A stretch of 64,000 nt of DNA from the IMG/VR virus record IMGVR_UViG_3300034283_001962, positions 32,001 through 96,000 of that record, one strand, 5' to 3'. Shown piece by piece: positions 1 through 8,165 of the stretch. The position numbers and the translations under genes were made by a program. The notes under the pieces are model-generated. The model did not search any database. It saw only the letters and a program-made list of their open reading frames with translations, and was not told the DNA's origin. Every line of letters starts with the position of its first letter. Positions within the stretch are counted from its first letter, which is position 1. Source of the stretch: a virus.

Positions 1-1028
1 CCTTCATTTAAACGTGATTCAGCTAATGCTCTTTCTTGTAAGATAACAGGATCATATACGTCATATTTTACACCTGCGATACCTACTTGAGGATTTGTAA
101 GATTAGATTCTCTTACATTAAGAAGGTTAAAATTATTTAGGTTGTTTCGCAGGTGATCTATTTCATCTTTATCTAAATCAAACTTATCAATAATTTCAGA
201 TAATTCCATTACATGTACTGTACCTACAGCATAAGATCCGTGTTCTTTATGTATGTATTTTTTATTAGGCGTAGAAAGATGCCAAAAGTTTGCTGGATTA
301 ATTACCTCAATACTAAAACCTACTTTTGAATTATCTTCATATATATGAAAGAACTCTCTTGATGAAATAAGAAGATCTCTAAATGCATCTTCGCTTTTTT
401 CTTTTATATTAAAGTAAGCATCTAATGCTTTTAACATGTGATTAGCCCAACTCTCTGCAAGAGTAGAATAATTAGCTAAGTTTTCCTCAACTTCTTCCAT
501 AGTAAGTTGTTGCTTTTCTTCTTCTTCTACTTCTATTCCTTTTTCTGCTAGTTGAGCATTAATCTTTTTGGTAGCCATTTGCATAATCAAACCCTCTACC
601 ATTGAAGTCTTATACTCAGCCTCTTCGCTTTTACTATCGTCATCAAATGCTTTTACAAAACGAGTATTAGGACGATTACTCATTTCTCCTATCATTGTAT
701 TTAATGGAGGATTCAGAATCGAGTAATGTTTAACATAAGAAGGTAATTCTAAGTCCTCAACCATTAAGTCTACAAAACTACGAACATCTTCTTTTTTAGT
801 TTGTTCATAGAAGTCTTCAGGTGTAAGAATACCTTTAACAAGATTATAGTTTTTTACAAACTTATCTCTATTCTTTGTATATTGTGAATAAGCAACATTA
901 GCAAAGTAATCAAGATTTTGTTTAATCCATTCATTCCCTTTCTTTTTCTTATCAGAAACAAATTGGTCAGGATATATATTCATATATGCTGCTCTAATAT
1001 CGTCCTGTTTTGTATATTTAATGATCAT
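1..1028 (-). CDS. Portal protein, N-terminal part (runs off the window)
   Basis: ORF starting MIIKYTKQDDIRAAYMNIYPDQFVSDKKKKGNEWIKQNLDYF, directly downstream of the terminase; resembles crAss-like portals; not in the ORF track because truncated. Confidence 0.75.
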   Translation of the reverse strand, partial: MIIKYTKQDDIRAAYMNIYPDQFVSDKKKKGNEWIKQNLDYFANVAYSQYTKNRDKFVKNYNLVKGILTPEDFYEQTKKEDVRSFVDLMVEDLELPSYVKHYSILNPPLNTMIGEMSNRPNTRFVKAFDDDSKSEEAEYKTSMVEGLIMQMATKKINAQLAEKGIEVEEEEKQQLTMEEVEENLANYSTLAESWANHMLKALDAYFNIKEKSEDAFRDLLISSREFFHIYEDNSKVGFSIEVINPANFWHLSTPNKKYIHKEHGSYAVGTVHVMELSEIIDKFDLDKDEIDHLRNNLNNFNLLNVRESNLTNPQVGIAGVKYDVYDPVILQERALAESRLNE

Positions 1029-1030
1029 GT

Positions 1031-3148
1031 TTATGATAAAATTTTAAGTGTTCTTTTTTTTCTATACTGACTAACAACTCTGGACTTATTATAATCAAGT
1101 ATAGATGATTTAACTCCTCTTTGAGTACCGTATAATGAATCTAATCTGCTATCTCCCCTATTATCAGATACTTTAATTTGAGGAGTCATATGTTCTGCTA
1201 AAGCAAGAGCACACTCTGCTGCAATAATTCGGTCAAAGTTTCCATCTTTATCATAGCGAACAATTTCTTCAAGTAACATAGGATCAAGAATTCGAGATAC
1301 ACCAATTACTTCACGTAATATTTTTCCTTCTTCATCTTTATCTATATATATAACTTCATCCAAATACTTCTTTAATATACCATCTAAGTAATCTCTAGTT
1401 TTACTAGAAGATCTTGAGATACCTTTCTTACGAGTTAGGGTTCTGGTATTGGGAACAATCTCTTTTAACCATCCTGGAGGATCTGCTAAATAGTGACCAT
1501 CTCCTTTATAAATCATGTAATTAATAAAGCTCATTTCATCATTCTCACAGAGTCCGTATGCATTATAATACTTGATAAGGTTTCGAGCGTTTTCATGCCA
1601 AGTATCTATATCTTTTGGTCGAGCTGAATATGAAGCAACAAACATCCATTGATATTTCTCTGCCATAATATCATGCTGTAACTTAAAGATATATACAGAA
1701 CCTAAAGAATCAGAAAAGCCACTATCACCGCTTTGGCGATAAGGATCAATTCCTGCCACGTACAATCCAAATGGAGGATTCTCAATAGGGAATTCGTAAA
1801 TAATAATAGGGGCATCCTTTGATTGTGTTTTTACTGGAAACTCTGTAATAGCTACTTTATCTGTAAATTTATGTGTTAGTTTTTGTCCATCATGGTATAT
1901 TTCAACAGGAGTACCTGTTCTACCTAAACCATTTAGTTTATCTTTTTGTAAACGTGCAGCTTCGATATTGAAATCATTACGAGCTAAACGTAGAAAAGAG
2001 TCAGAAGGTTTTAAAGGCCAGTAAGCTTTAAACTTAAGAATAGCTTTACTATTACCTGATTTTAACGCTTTATCATACTGTGGTTGCCACCATTCTTTAA
2101 GTGCTTTTTCCTCATTAGAAACTAAGATAGTTATCTTACTAAGTTGCTCATATCCTGGTTCATCTTCTTTAACATTCAGATATTCAGATAAAGCAATTGG
2201 CTCTTTATAAGCCATTTTAGCCATAGTAGCTGGGATAAATCTACCAATACGATTAACAGATCCAGGTTCTCTAGTATTCTCAAAGCTCAATAAGTTATAC
2301 GCATCAGCATTAAAGAATACTTCAGCTGCTTCTTCACCTACTTCCATGTCACCACCTGTACCTGCGTACATGGTTAAACAAGAAGGTTTATCACCATCAC
2401 CTGACCACCAACAACCATCAGAGTCTTTAATACATCCAATAAAATTTGGTAGTGCTCCAATTTCATCTATAAGATGAAATCCAGGACGAGTACCATTAGC
2501 AGCCATTGTTTTGTTACCATCTTCATAATTTCTAACTTTAATAGAAGACTTTGAAGACTTTTCGTGAGCAAGACCTGTTTTCTTATCCTTCCAGCCTGCA
2601 ACAATCTCTTTCTTCCAATCACTCATTAAACGCTGCTTTCTAAATGCAGGATGGATGTTAGTTAATCCATCTTCAATTTTATCAGTAGCTAGTTTAATAT
2701 AACTTGCAGCTCCAGCTGAAATAACTGCTTCTGATTGATCATAAAAGGTATATAAATATGCAGCACGAGAAGCTGCAATAATAGATTTACCAAAGTCACG
2801 AGACCCAACTAATCCATAAAATCTACCAAATTCTTCACATTTAAGAAAGTCATCTGATGTAATCCACTCAATATCTCGAAGAAAAGGAACTTTTACAAAC
2901 CTTGCTTTCTTTTTTGTTTTTGGATTTTCTATGTACATAGCAATTTTCCAATATACTGTATGGAAATATAACCATCCAGAAATAAAGATATTACCTATAT
3001 AAAATCCAGTAATACATCTTTCTTTTTCTTTTGCCCAGTATTCTTTAAATACTTCATATAGTACATGATTTTGTGGATCATATATAGGTTCAACCTGAGA
3101 AGGAAACCATATATTAACAGTGTCTTGCCTATATTTATTTGTATCCAT
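1031..3148 (-). CDS. terL: Terminase large subunit
   Basis: 705 aa; Walker A-like GSRDFGKS, Walker B LIDE, nuclease motifs AGIDPY and NFDRI. Confidence 0.92.
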   Translation of the reverse strand: MDTNKYRQDTVNIWFPSQVEPIYDPQNHVLYEVFKEYWAKEKERCITGFYIGNIFISGWLYFHTVYWKIAMYIENPKTKKKARFVKVPFLRDIEWITSDDFLKCEEFGRFYGLVGSRDFGKSIIAASRAAYLYTFYDQSEAVISAGAASYIKLATDKIEDGLTNIHPAFRKQRLMSDWKKEIVAGWKDKKTGLAHEKSSKSSIKVRNYEDGNKTMAANGTRPGFHLIDEIGALPNFIGCIKDSDGCWWSGDGDKPSCLTMYAGTGGDMEVGEEAAEVFFNADAYNLLSFENTREPGSVNRIGRFIPATMAKMAYKEPIALSEYLNVKEDEPGYEQLSKITILVSNEEKALKEWWQPQYDKALKSGNSKAILKFKAYWPLKPSDSFLRLARNDFNIEAARLQKDKLNGLGRTGTPVEIYHDGQKLTHKFTDKVAITEFPVKTQSKDAPIIIYEFPIENPPFGLYVAGIDPYRQSGDSGFSDSLGSVYIFKLQHDIMAEKYQWMFVASYSARPKDIDTWHENARNLIKYYNAYGLCENDEMSFINYMIYKGDGHYLADPPGWLKEIVPNTRTLTRKKGISRSSSKTRDYLDGILKKYLDEVIYIDKDEEGKILREVIGVSRILDPMLLEEIVRYDKDGNFDRIIAAECALALAEHMTPQIKVSDNRGDSRLDSLYGTQRGVKSSILDYNKSRVVSQYRKKRTLKILS

Positions 3149-3471
3149 TAGAACTCTCCTTGCTCAAAGGGACTAAGATCTGCGTCACCTCTAGTTAACA
3201 TCTTTTTCTGTTCTTCTTTTTCTCTAAGTTTAGCAATAGCTTCAACGATTAGTGCATAATCTTTTAAGGTATCCCTAATGTTTTTATGCTGTTGTTCAAT
3301 AGTGGCAACTACCATAGGTATTACTCCACCTCCCCTTGTTTCTCTATTCTGAATTCTATCTATTAAAGTAGATAAAGGGTTGCTATCTACATAAGAACGG
3401 AGTTCTTCGGCTTTCATTTCAAGCCACTCCAATTCCATGTCTATGTAGTTGTTTCTTTTACTTACTGCCAT
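3148..3471 (-). CDS. Hypothetical protein (terminase small subunit candidate)
   Basis: 107 aa helical ORF coupled to the terL start; position only. Confidence 0.4.
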   Translation of the reverse strand: MAVSKRNNYIDMELEWLEMKAEELRSYVDSNPLSTLIDRIQNRETRGGGVIPMVVATIEQQHKNIRDTLKDYALIVEAIAKLREKEEQKKMLTRGDADLSPFEQGEF

Positions 3472-4314
3472 AAATCATCATCCTCCTCTTCATTATCATT
3501 ATATAAATTAATCTTATCAATATTTTTTCCTTCTTCAATTATTTTCTCAAGTTCAGAATCATGAGTTGGAATAAAGTTTTCAATTTCCATATTAGCTTGA
3601 TATTTTTCTAATGCAAATACCAATTCTTTATTAGATAAACCCCATAGATCTTGTATTTTTCCATAATCAGAAAATGCTGTAGCTAAATGATTAGATATAG
3701 GTTGAGCAGGAAATTGCTTATTAAGTTCCTGTAATAAAGTAATAAATTGATTTAATTGATTTAATTTTTTAGACATAAATCTTATATTAGTTCAGAAAGA
3801 TTATTATTTTTATTTACTAATAAGTTATTAGTATTTAATTGTTTAGGATAAGTTTCAATTGGAGGTACACTAATTATTTTTACAGTATTTGTTTTATCAT
3901 CTAAAGTAATATTGATATATTTAGAATGTACTGATAAATCATTCAGCACTTTAAATATTTTATTAATCTCTACGTTATAAACAGTCATATATTATTCTTT
4001 TGCTTTAAAGATTCCCATTCAGCATCTTCCATAACTTTTAACCATTTCTTTTGGGGACATTCACAATCCAAACATCTAGTTTTTAAATGAATATTACATC
4101 CACAATCAGTACAATGATTATCAGGTCTATCTGTTAAATATCCTTTTGATATAGCATTAGTAGAAAAAGATGGACACTCTTTACATATTTCTGTTCTTTC
4201 TATTGCAATAGCTTCAACCCATTTTCTAACAAATATTGAGTTATAAGCTCCTTTAATAATACCTTTAACATCAATTTTTTTCCAGTTCATTAATTTTAGT
4301 TTTGGCATTTTCAA
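3462..4314 (-). CDS. Three small hypothetical proteins (3462-3776, 3782-3988, 3985-4314; the last is Cys-rich/Zn-binding)
   Basis: Tightly packed ORFs; CxxC motifs in 3985-4314. Confidence 0.6.
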
Positions 4315-4621
4315 TATACATTTGTAAGCTTTTAATAAAATTTAATATATTTTCAGAAGGGTTTTCAATTTTTTGAATCTCTAGTAACTTCTTTTCTTTT
4401 TTACGAATATCTATCTTTAGCTTTCGAACAGAAAATCTAAATACTCCAAACCCAGATAATTCTACAGTGGTACAAGAGTTAAATGCTTTAGTTGCATCTT
4501 TAAATATAAAGTTTATAACTTTATCTATTTCTATAGGTTTAATATCTAACTTAGAAGATAATCTATTAATTAATACTTCCTGAAGTTTATCTTTAGATAT
4601 AAGGTTATTTTCTAGATTCAT
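4271..4621 (-). CDS. HU/IHF-like DNA-binding protein
   Basis: VELSGFGVF motif and helical N-terminus typical of HU/IHF. Confidence 0.7.
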   Translation of the reverse strand: MNLENNLISKDKLQEVLINRLSSKLDIKPIEIDKVINFIFKDATKAFNSCTTVELSGFGVFRFSVRKLKIDIRKKEKKLLEIQKIENPSENILNFIKSLQMYIENAKTKINELEKN

Positions 4622-4625
4622 TTAA

Positions 4626-4976
4626 TTATAATTTTTTAATTAAACTTATATCTAAAGATATATCTCTATTTATAAAATCTAGGTTGATTTGGTGAACTAT
4701 TCTATATTTACCTTGAAATTTTTCTAATAAACCTATTTCTTTTAATTCAGATATCATATTATTGACAGAGTTAACTGAACTGTTATATTTAACAGAGAAG
4801 TCATTTTTGGCTGACAAAGAAGATATCGTACCTCTAATAGCCGTAAAAGCTAATAATTGAAGTTGTTTATTTGTTACTTTAATATTATTAACTAAACAGA
4901 TTATAGAATAATACTTTAGAGCTATATCTAAAGCTGATTCTTCTTGTTTTTTGATTTTTTGTACGATTAAAGTCAT
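4626..4976 (-). CDS. Winged-helix-like hypothetical protein
   Basis: SVNSVNNMISELKEIGLL...YRI pattern. Confidence 0.45.
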   Translation of the reverse strand: MTLIVQKIKKQEESALDIALKYYSIICLVNNIKVTNKQLQLLAFTAIRGTISSLSAKNDFSVKYNSSVNSVNNMISELKEIGLLEKFQGKYRIVHQINLDFINRDISLDISLIKKL

Positions 4977-5061
4977 CGTTCCTAATGTAATTAATTATGC
5001 AAAGATAGTGAAATTATAATATAAAGATATAGTTATATAATAACTTAATGCTATATTAAAC

Positions 5062-5090
5062 AAAAAAATCCTCCCTTTTGAGGAGGATTT
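5062..5090 (-). terminator. Intrinsic terminator closing tRNA operon 1
   Basis: AAATCCTCC/GGAGGATTT hairpin followed by a T-run on the minus strand. Confidence 0.75.
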
Positions 5091-5092
5091 AG

Positions 5093-5166
5093 AACACCTA
5101 GAAAGACTCGAACTTTCACTCTTTTGATCCGTAGTCAAAAGCTTTATCCAATTAAGCTATAGGTGC
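5093..5166 (-). tRNA. tRNA-Arg(ACG)
   Basis: Cloverleaf; anticodon arm TTTGA-CTACGGA-TCAAA. Confidence 0.9.
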
Positions 5167-5169
5167 AGA

Positions 5170-5243
5170 TGGGTGGAATTGGGATTCGAACCCAATCAAG
5201 TGATTCACAGTCACCCGTCAGAATCCAGTCTGAACGATTCCAC
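5170..5243 (-). tRNA. tRNA-His(GTG)
   Basis: Anticodon arm GGTGA-CTGTGAA-TCACT; G-1 and CCA encoded. Confidence 0.88.
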
Positions 5244-5245
5244 AG

Positions 5246-5317
5246 TTCCCTTATCTAGGCTCGAACTAGAACTACCAGAGTCAAAATCTGATGTGTTAAC
5301 CATTACACTATAAGGGA
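5246..5317 (-). tRNA. tRNA-Gln(TTG)
   Basis: Anticodon arm TCAGA-TTTTGAC-TCTGG. Confidence 0.9.
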
Positions 5318-5334
5318 ATAGCATACCATAAAAA

Positions 5335-5408
5335 TGGCACAGGTAGAGAGATTCGAACTCCCAACAGCAGTTTTGGAGACTGACATGATACCATTTCACC
5401 ATACCTGT
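5335..5408 (-). tRNA. tRNA-Trp(CCA)
   Basis: Anticodon loop CTCCAAA; CCA end encoded. Confidence 0.9.
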
Positions 5409-5413
5409 TTCTG

Positions 5414-5485
5414 TGGTAAGAAAGGGTAACGATCCCTTCTCCAAGGTTTTTCAGACCTTTGCTAATCCATCTCAGCTATCTTACC
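5414..5485 (-). tRNA. tRNA-Phe(GAA)
   Basis: Anticodon arm AAGGT-CTGAAAA-ACCTT; atypical T-loop ATCGTTA. Confidence 0.85.
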
Positions 5486-5494
5486 GTAATTTAA

Positions 5495-5568
5495 AGCATG
5501 TTGTACAAATTCTTCGTTTTCACATTGCAGGTGAATTAAGCCTATGTGTGCTGGCTGCGTAACATGTT
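5495..5568 (-). ncRNA. Putative small structured RNA with a Cys-type anticodon hairpin
   Basis: Terminal stem ACATGTT/AACATG, GCAGCCA motif, internal TTCAC-CTGCAAT-GTGAA hairpin; resembles units of the 26973-27398 array. Confidence 0.45.
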
Positions 5569-5598
5569 AAAAGCACTAACCAGATTCGAACTGGTGTG

Positions 5599-5668
5599 AA
5601 TCCAGTATGAGAATCGAACTCATTTCAATAGTTTTGCAGACTATTTGGCTTCCATAACCTCACTGGAT
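5599..5668 (-). tRNA. tRNA-Cys(GCA)
   Basis: Anticodon arm ATAGT-CTGCAAA-ACTAT. Confidence 0.85.
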
Positions 5669-5669
5669 A

Positions 5670-5772
5670 ATTTATACCAATTAAAATCTTTTGCCGTTTT
5701 TCTTCTATGACAATTTGCGCATCTTACATCACATTTTTCAATTTCATTTTTTACCTGATTTAAATCGGTCAT
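5670..5772 (-). pseudogene. HNH endonuclease C-terminal remnant
   Basis: Translates to MTDLNQVKNEIEKCDVRCANCHRRKTAKDFNWYK. Confidence 0.7.
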
Positions 5773-5783
5773 AGTGCTATTTG

Positions 5784-5855
5784 ATCCTCGTAAGGTACTC
5801 GAAACCTTTTCCCCAGTTTACAAGACTGGTGCATCACCATATATGCTTACAAGGA
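5784..5855 (-). tRNA. tRNA-Thr(TGT)
   Basis: Anticodon arm CCAGT-CTTGTAA-ACTGG. Confidence 0.88.
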
Positions 5856-5860
5856 ATATG

Positions 5861-5935
5861 TCGAGTAAACAGGAGTCGAACCTGCATGATGTCTTCACCC
5901 CAAATGAAGAGGCTTACCAGTTAGCCCATTACTCG
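5861..5935 (-). tRNA. tRNA-Pro(TGG)
   Basis: Anticodon arm CTTCA-TTTGGGG-TGAAG. Confidence 0.88.
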
Positions 5936-5947
5936 ATGCTATAAAAT

Positions 5948-5976
5948 AAAAAACCCCCGATTTTATGTCGGAGGGT
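5948..5976 (-). terminator. Attenuator terminator upstream of tRNA operon 1
   Basis: ACCCTCCGA-cataaaa-TCGGGGGT-TTTTT; its 5' arm can alternatively pair with GAGGGTGAA (6040-6048). Confidence 0.85.
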
Positions 5977-6012
5977 GAATAGACTTTTTTTAGTCCGTTA
6001 TGCACGAATAGT

Positions 6013-6105
6013 CTAATTTTTTATGACACATGTACATAGTTCACCCTCTCCACAGATACACTGCGGGGTAAAAGTAAACCACGTATGACGTACTATCTTT
6101 TTCAT
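6013..6105 (-). CDS. Leader peptide 1, MKKIVRHTWFTFTPQCICGEGELCTCVIKN
   Basis: 30-codon ORF between a promoter and a terminator; the sensor block matches the downstream tRNAs. Confidence 0.85.
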   Translation of the reverse strand: MKKIVRHTWFTFTPQCICGEGELCTCVIKN

Positions 6106-6109
6106 AACA

Positions 6110-6141
6110 CAAACATATGAAGAAATTCTGAAACTTCCAAA
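6110..6141 (-). promoter_or_regulatory. Bacteroidota primary-sigma promoter (TTTG-N20-TATGTTTG)
   Basis: Matches the TTTG-N19-21-TAnnTTTG consensus. Confidence 0.8.
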
Positions 6142-6154
6142 TTTATTTTTTTTG

Positions 6155-6225
6155 TTGGATAGGAGAGAATCGAACTCTCTTGCCTACGTTTTACAGACGT
6201 TGCTGGTTGCCCTGACCTCTACCCA
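6155..6225 (-). tRNA. tRNA-Tyr(GTA), short variable arm
   Basis: Anticodon arm ACGT-CTGTAAA-ACGT. Confidence 0.8.
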
Positions 6226-6230
6226 ATATG

Positions 6231-6319
6231 CGGAGAAAGTGAGACTCGAACTCACACTAGAGTTTTATCCCTAGAACAGTTTAGCAAACTGCTGCAGTAC
6301 CATTATGACTTATTCCTCC
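6231..6319 (-). tRNA. tRNA-Ser(GCT)
   Basis: Anticodon arm GCAGT-TTGCTAA-ACTGT; long variable arm. Confidence 0.9.
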
Positions 6320-6324
6320 AAATG

Positions 6325-6408
6325 CGGTGGTAACAGGAATCGAACCTGTATGGCTGTTACACCTTCAACGTTTTCAAGACGCATAAGCCCTCTCTATTGC
6401 GTACCACC
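6325..6408 (-). tRNA. tRNA-Ser(TGA)
   Basis: Anticodon loop CTTGAAA; long variable arm. Confidence 0.85.
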
Positions 6409-6413
6409 AATTG

Positions 6414-6487
6414 TAGCTCTGATGAGATTCGAACTCACACAAAACAGATTTTAAGTCTGCCGCCGTTACCAATTAGACCACAGAGCT
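6414..6487 (-). tRNA. tRNA-Leu(TAA), short variable arm
   Basis: Anticodon arm GCAGA-CTTAAAA-TCTGT. Confidence 0.87.
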
Positions 6488-6490
6488 ATG

Positions 6491-6566
6491 TACCCCTAGC
6501 GAGATTCGAACTCGCAAAACTCCTGATTCTAAGTCAGGCGACTTTACCTAATTTGCCCATAGAGGT
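6491..6566 (-). tRNA. tRNA-Leu(TAG), short variable arm
   Basis: Anticodon arm CCTGA-CTTAGAA-TCAGG. Confidence 0.87.
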
Positions 6567-6574
6567 ATATAAAT

Positions 6575-6604
6575 AAAAAAACCTAGCTCTTTTAGGAACT
6601 AGGC
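6575..6604 (-). terminator. Attenuator terminator upstream of tRNA operon 2
   Basis: GCCTAGTTC-ctaaaa-GAGCTAGGT-TTTTTT; 5' arm alternatively pairs with GGGAACAGG (6645-6653). Confidence 0.85.
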
Positions 6605-6629
6605 TTTAAGAAGTAGGTTAGAAAAAACC

Positions 6630-6707
6630 TTACTGTATATAATCCCTGTTCCCTTGATGAATCAAGAGCGATAAACTGGAATAATATGACAGTAATAGAT
6701 TTCTCAT
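6630..6707 (-). CDS. Leader peptide 2, MRNLLLSYYSSLSLLIHQGNRDYIQ
   Basis: 25-codon ORF with 12 consecutive Leu/Ser/Tyr codons ahead of the Leu/Ser/Tyr tRNAs. Confidence 0.85.
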   Translation of the reverse strand: MRNLLLSYYSSLSLLIHQGNRDYIQ

Positions 6708-6711
6708 TGGA

Positions 6712-7092
6712 TTATCCTTCTACAGAAGTTTCAGGTTCAGTTGGTTCTTCAACTGGATCTACTGGGGGTTCTACTACATCAGTAATAGTACCTTTAAGGT
6801 CAGCAATAGCTAGATCTAATTTATCAGCTACAGCTTGAATTTCTTGTGAAGTTACTGAACTAGCTAATTGAGCTTGAAGATCAGCTACTACAGCTTCAAG
6901 ATCAGTAATTACTTTTGCAATTTGTGCTTGTTCAGCATCAAGAGACAATTGAAGTTCATCTACTTTTGCTGAAAGTTCTTGAATAGTTGCCATTGTTTGT
7001 TTATTTTGTGATTGTATTAAAAATATTTTTTTTACTAAATATACAAGAAATCCTATTGTTAGACTTTGTAAGATTATTATAAATAATAGCAT
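6712..7092 (-). CDS. Coiled-coil protein with a possible N-terminal membrane anchor and acidic Pro-rich tail
   Basis: 126 aa; hydrophobic N-terminus; heptad pattern. Confidence 0.65.
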   Translation of the reverse strand: MLLFIIILQSLTIGFLVYLVKKIFLIQSQNKQTMATIQELSAKVDELQLSLDAEQAQIAKVITDLEAVVADLQAQLASSVTSQEIQAVADKLDLAIADLKGTITDVVEPPVDPVEEPTEPETSVEG

Positions 7093-7110
7093 AGTATATC
7101 TTTTCTACCA

Positions 7111-7142
7111 CAAATATAAACTTATAATTTGAAACTACCAAA
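7111..7142 (-). promoter_or_regulatory. Bacteroidota promoter (TTTG-N20-TATATTTG)
   Basis: Consensus match; drives the 126-aa ORF, leader 2 and tRNA operon 2. Confidence 0.8.
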
Positions 7143-7155
7143 TTAATTTAATATG

Positions 7156-7228
7156 TACTCCTTATTAGACTTGAACTAATAACTTCTTCCATGTAAGGGA
7201 AGCACTCTACCAATTGAGTTAAAGGAGC
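7156..7228 (-). tRNA. tRNA-Val(TAC)
   Basis: Anticodon arm CTTCC-CTTACAT-GGAAG. Confidence 0.9.
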
Positions 7229-7233
7229 AAAAG

Positions 7234-7307
7234 TGGAAGTCATGGGTATCGAACCCATCTCAGTTTGCTTGCAAAGCAATCTCGCCAGCCAAGGAACATG
7301 CACCCCC
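7234..7307 (-). tRNA. tRNA-Ala(TGC)
   Basis: Anticodon loop TTTGCAA; G-rich acceptor with a G.U pair; atypical D-arm. Confidence 0.8.
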
Positions 7308-7313
7308 AAAAAA

Positions 7314-7460
7314 TCAGGACTTTACGCCCTGATTAGTTAACTTAAAATAATCTGCTGCAGAAATCCGGTCTCGTACAAAAAGAGAAATAGGATTTGTACG
7401 AGCTGCAGCTTTTCTTTTCTTTTTGCCAAACTTACGTTGGCTTTTTACTTTCTGTGCCAT
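7314..7460 (-). CDS. Small basic protein MAQKVKSQRKFGKKKRKAAARTNPISLFVRDRISAADYFKLTNQGVKS
   Basis: 48-codon ORF inside the tRNA cluster, ending in a hairpin/T-run. Confidence 0.5.
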   Translation of the reverse strand: MAQKVKSQRKFGKKKRKAAARTNPISLFVRDRISAADYFKLTNQGVKS

Positions 7461-7536
7461 GTGAATACTTGGCTACTGTTTTGTCAGTAGTTACCGTATT
7501 CGGCTCATAGAATTCTTCATATTCATATTATTTAAG

Positions 7537-7609
7537 TTGGCATACTCAGACTCGAACTGAGGACTTCTGCAGTATCAGTGCAGTACTCTAACCACTGAGT
7601 TATACGCCA
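7537..7609 (-). tRNA. tRNA-Ile(GAT)
   Basis: Anticodon arm CTGCA-CTGATAC-TGCAG. Confidence 0.9.
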
Positions 7610-7614
7610 GTATG

Positions 7615-7689
7615 TTGACTCTATCGGATTCGAACCGATGACCTTAACGTTATGAGCGTTCTGCTACTAACCAACTGAGCTAAGAGTCA
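7615..7689 (-). tRNA. tRNA(CAT), probably Ile2 (lysidine) or elongator Met
   Basis: Anticodon loop CTCATAA. Confidence 0.85.
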
Positions 7690-7694
7690 AGAAG

Positions 7695-7767
7695 CCGAGA
7701 GTGGGAGGTTCGAACTCCGACCTTCACATCGACAGTGTGACATGCTCGCCATTACACTACACCCTCG
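7695..7767 (-). tRNA. tRNA-Asp(GTC)
   Basis: Anticodon arm TCACA-CTGTCGA-TGTGA. Confidence 0.88.
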
Positions 7768-7780
7768 TTTAAATTTATTG

Positions 7781-7853
7781 TACTCTCAACGGGGATTGAA
7801 CCCGTATTGACAGATTGAAAGTCTGTTATCCTGACCAATTAGATGATGAGAGC
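7781..7853 (-). tRNA. tRNA-Glu(TTC)
   Basis: Anticodon arm ACAGA-CTTTCAA-TCTGT. Confidence 0.9.
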
Positions 7854-7900
7854 AAAGCTCTTCACCCTCTTTTAGTGAATTTCTCATAATACTATTTTTG

Positions 7901-7974
7901 TGCAGTAAACAAGACTCGAACTTGCAACTTCCACCTTGGCAAGGTGGCACTCTAACCAATTGAGCTATTACTGC
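7901..7974 (-). tRNA. tRNA-Gly(GCC)
   Basis: Anticodon arm CCACC-TTGCCAA-GGTGG. Confidence 0.9.
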
Positions 7975-7975
7975 G

Positions 7976-8049
7976 TGGAGCAGGTAACCGGGATCGAACC
8001 GACATCAGAAGATTGGAAATCTCCTGCACTACCATTGTGCTATACCTGC
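7976..8049 (-). tRNA. tRNA-Gly(TCC)
   Basis: Anticodon arm GGAGA-TTTCCAA-TCTTC; CCA encoded. Confidence 0.9.
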
Positions 8050-8165
8050 ATTTCAGTTTTTCATGAGCCTTGTAGAACTGTAACTACCGCCGGACCTACT
8101 TTCTAGAATTTCCTCCGAACCCCTTTGCACCAGATTTTATATCTGGTGTGGTGCTACTGTTATCT

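Noticed and set aside
5211-5444. 77-aa ORF, and the ORFs at 8276-8461, 8308-8505 and 8640-8828
   Set aside because: They overlap tRNA genes or shadow a real gene; spurious
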